Source of the DNA: Eutreptiella sp. 'Long Island Sound 2002'
Taxonomy: Eukaryota; Protista; Euglenida
NCBI GenBank assembly: GCA_964036045.1
Contig: OZ038378.1
Span: 50,344,001 to 50,408,000 of the forward strand
Reading direction: 5' to 3'
DNA length: 64,000 nt
Each line of letters starts with the position of its first letter. Positions within the stretch are counted from its first letter, which is position 1. Positions 63,636 to 64,000 of this stretch are shown here, piece after piece. A model generated the notes under the pieces. That model made no database searches, was not told where the DNA came from, and was given only the letters and a program-made list of their open reading frames with translations. A program made the translations under genes and the position numbers.

Positions 63636-64000
63636 AGAAAGACCATAAATGCTTAGTGCCAAGTGCTTTGTGTTGTTTGTCCGAGTGAGGGATGGAGGCT
63701 AGATGGGTGTTCCGGAAATTGTGCTCTAACTAGGGGTTCCGCACCACGCCCTAGAACGCTGCATCCCAAAAAAAAGTGCTTTCCGCAACAAAACTTCCGA
63801 ACTGAAATCACACAAACAACATTCTCGGAAAATCAAGGCAACATATATATACCCATCCATGCCCACAAGAAACCATGCCAAGAAGTGACGCTGGTCATAA
63901 TTCGGCAAAATCATTGCACGCCATTTCCTGCTCATTCGTTGCTGGGGTGAGTTAGTGCACTGCAGCGTAAGTCAGACTCGCTCCCTCACGGGCCCAGCCA

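Larger units (their letters stand above)
49725..63768 (+). mobile_element. Family-B full-length three-gene DNA transposon (B1), carrying two nested family-A elements and an internal inversion
   Basis: TIR TGGGATGCGCTGTTCTAGGGCGTGCTGCGGAACCCC at 49725 and the inverted copy ending GCATCCCA at 63768. The 5' region (49725-49990) is homologous to the B2 end (39310-39595). The genes rebuild in order after removing inserts. Confidence 0.85.

Noticed and set aside
1-64000. rRNA, tRNA, spliced-leader RNA genes or viral (Polinton/NCLDV) hallmark genes
   Set aside because: No recognisable sequence motifs seen by eye. A covariance-model search (Infernal, tRNAscan-SE) would be needed to exclude short RNAs.

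Overview
This window is repeat-dense eukaryotic DNA made almost entirely of nested, mostly decayed transposons. A euglenozoan/euglenid host is plausible but only inferred, from orphan splice acceptors placed before every transposon ORF. The one clear host gene is the last exon of an Eco1/ESCO cohesin acetyltransferase (16001-16759, minus). The left end is a GC-rich 419-bp satellite carrying a small LTR element (378-bp LTRs, GCCCG target duplication) and a 1-kb inversion. The middle holds two hAT-like elements with G-rich subterminal arrays, MULE/SWIM remnants, a non-LTR RT/RNase H remnant, a TA-flanked Zator/IS630-like element with SAP and PHD domains, a piggyBac remnant, and TATATCC-ended TA elements. 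The most interesting signal is a family of DNA transposons: two diverged subfamilies (A and B), five copies. They have TGGG...CCCA terminal inverted repeats and no consistent target duplication. They share a three-gene order: a multidomain 2OG-Fe(II) dioxygenase, a coiled-coil accessory protein, and a RAG1/Transib-like DDE transposase. Most of these genes are preceded by a family-specific short-repeat array and a pyrimidine-tract/AG acceptor. All copies here are degenerate. The structure was rebuilt by hand by removing nested inserts and reversing two inversions. All family assignments rest on motif recognition, not database searches.
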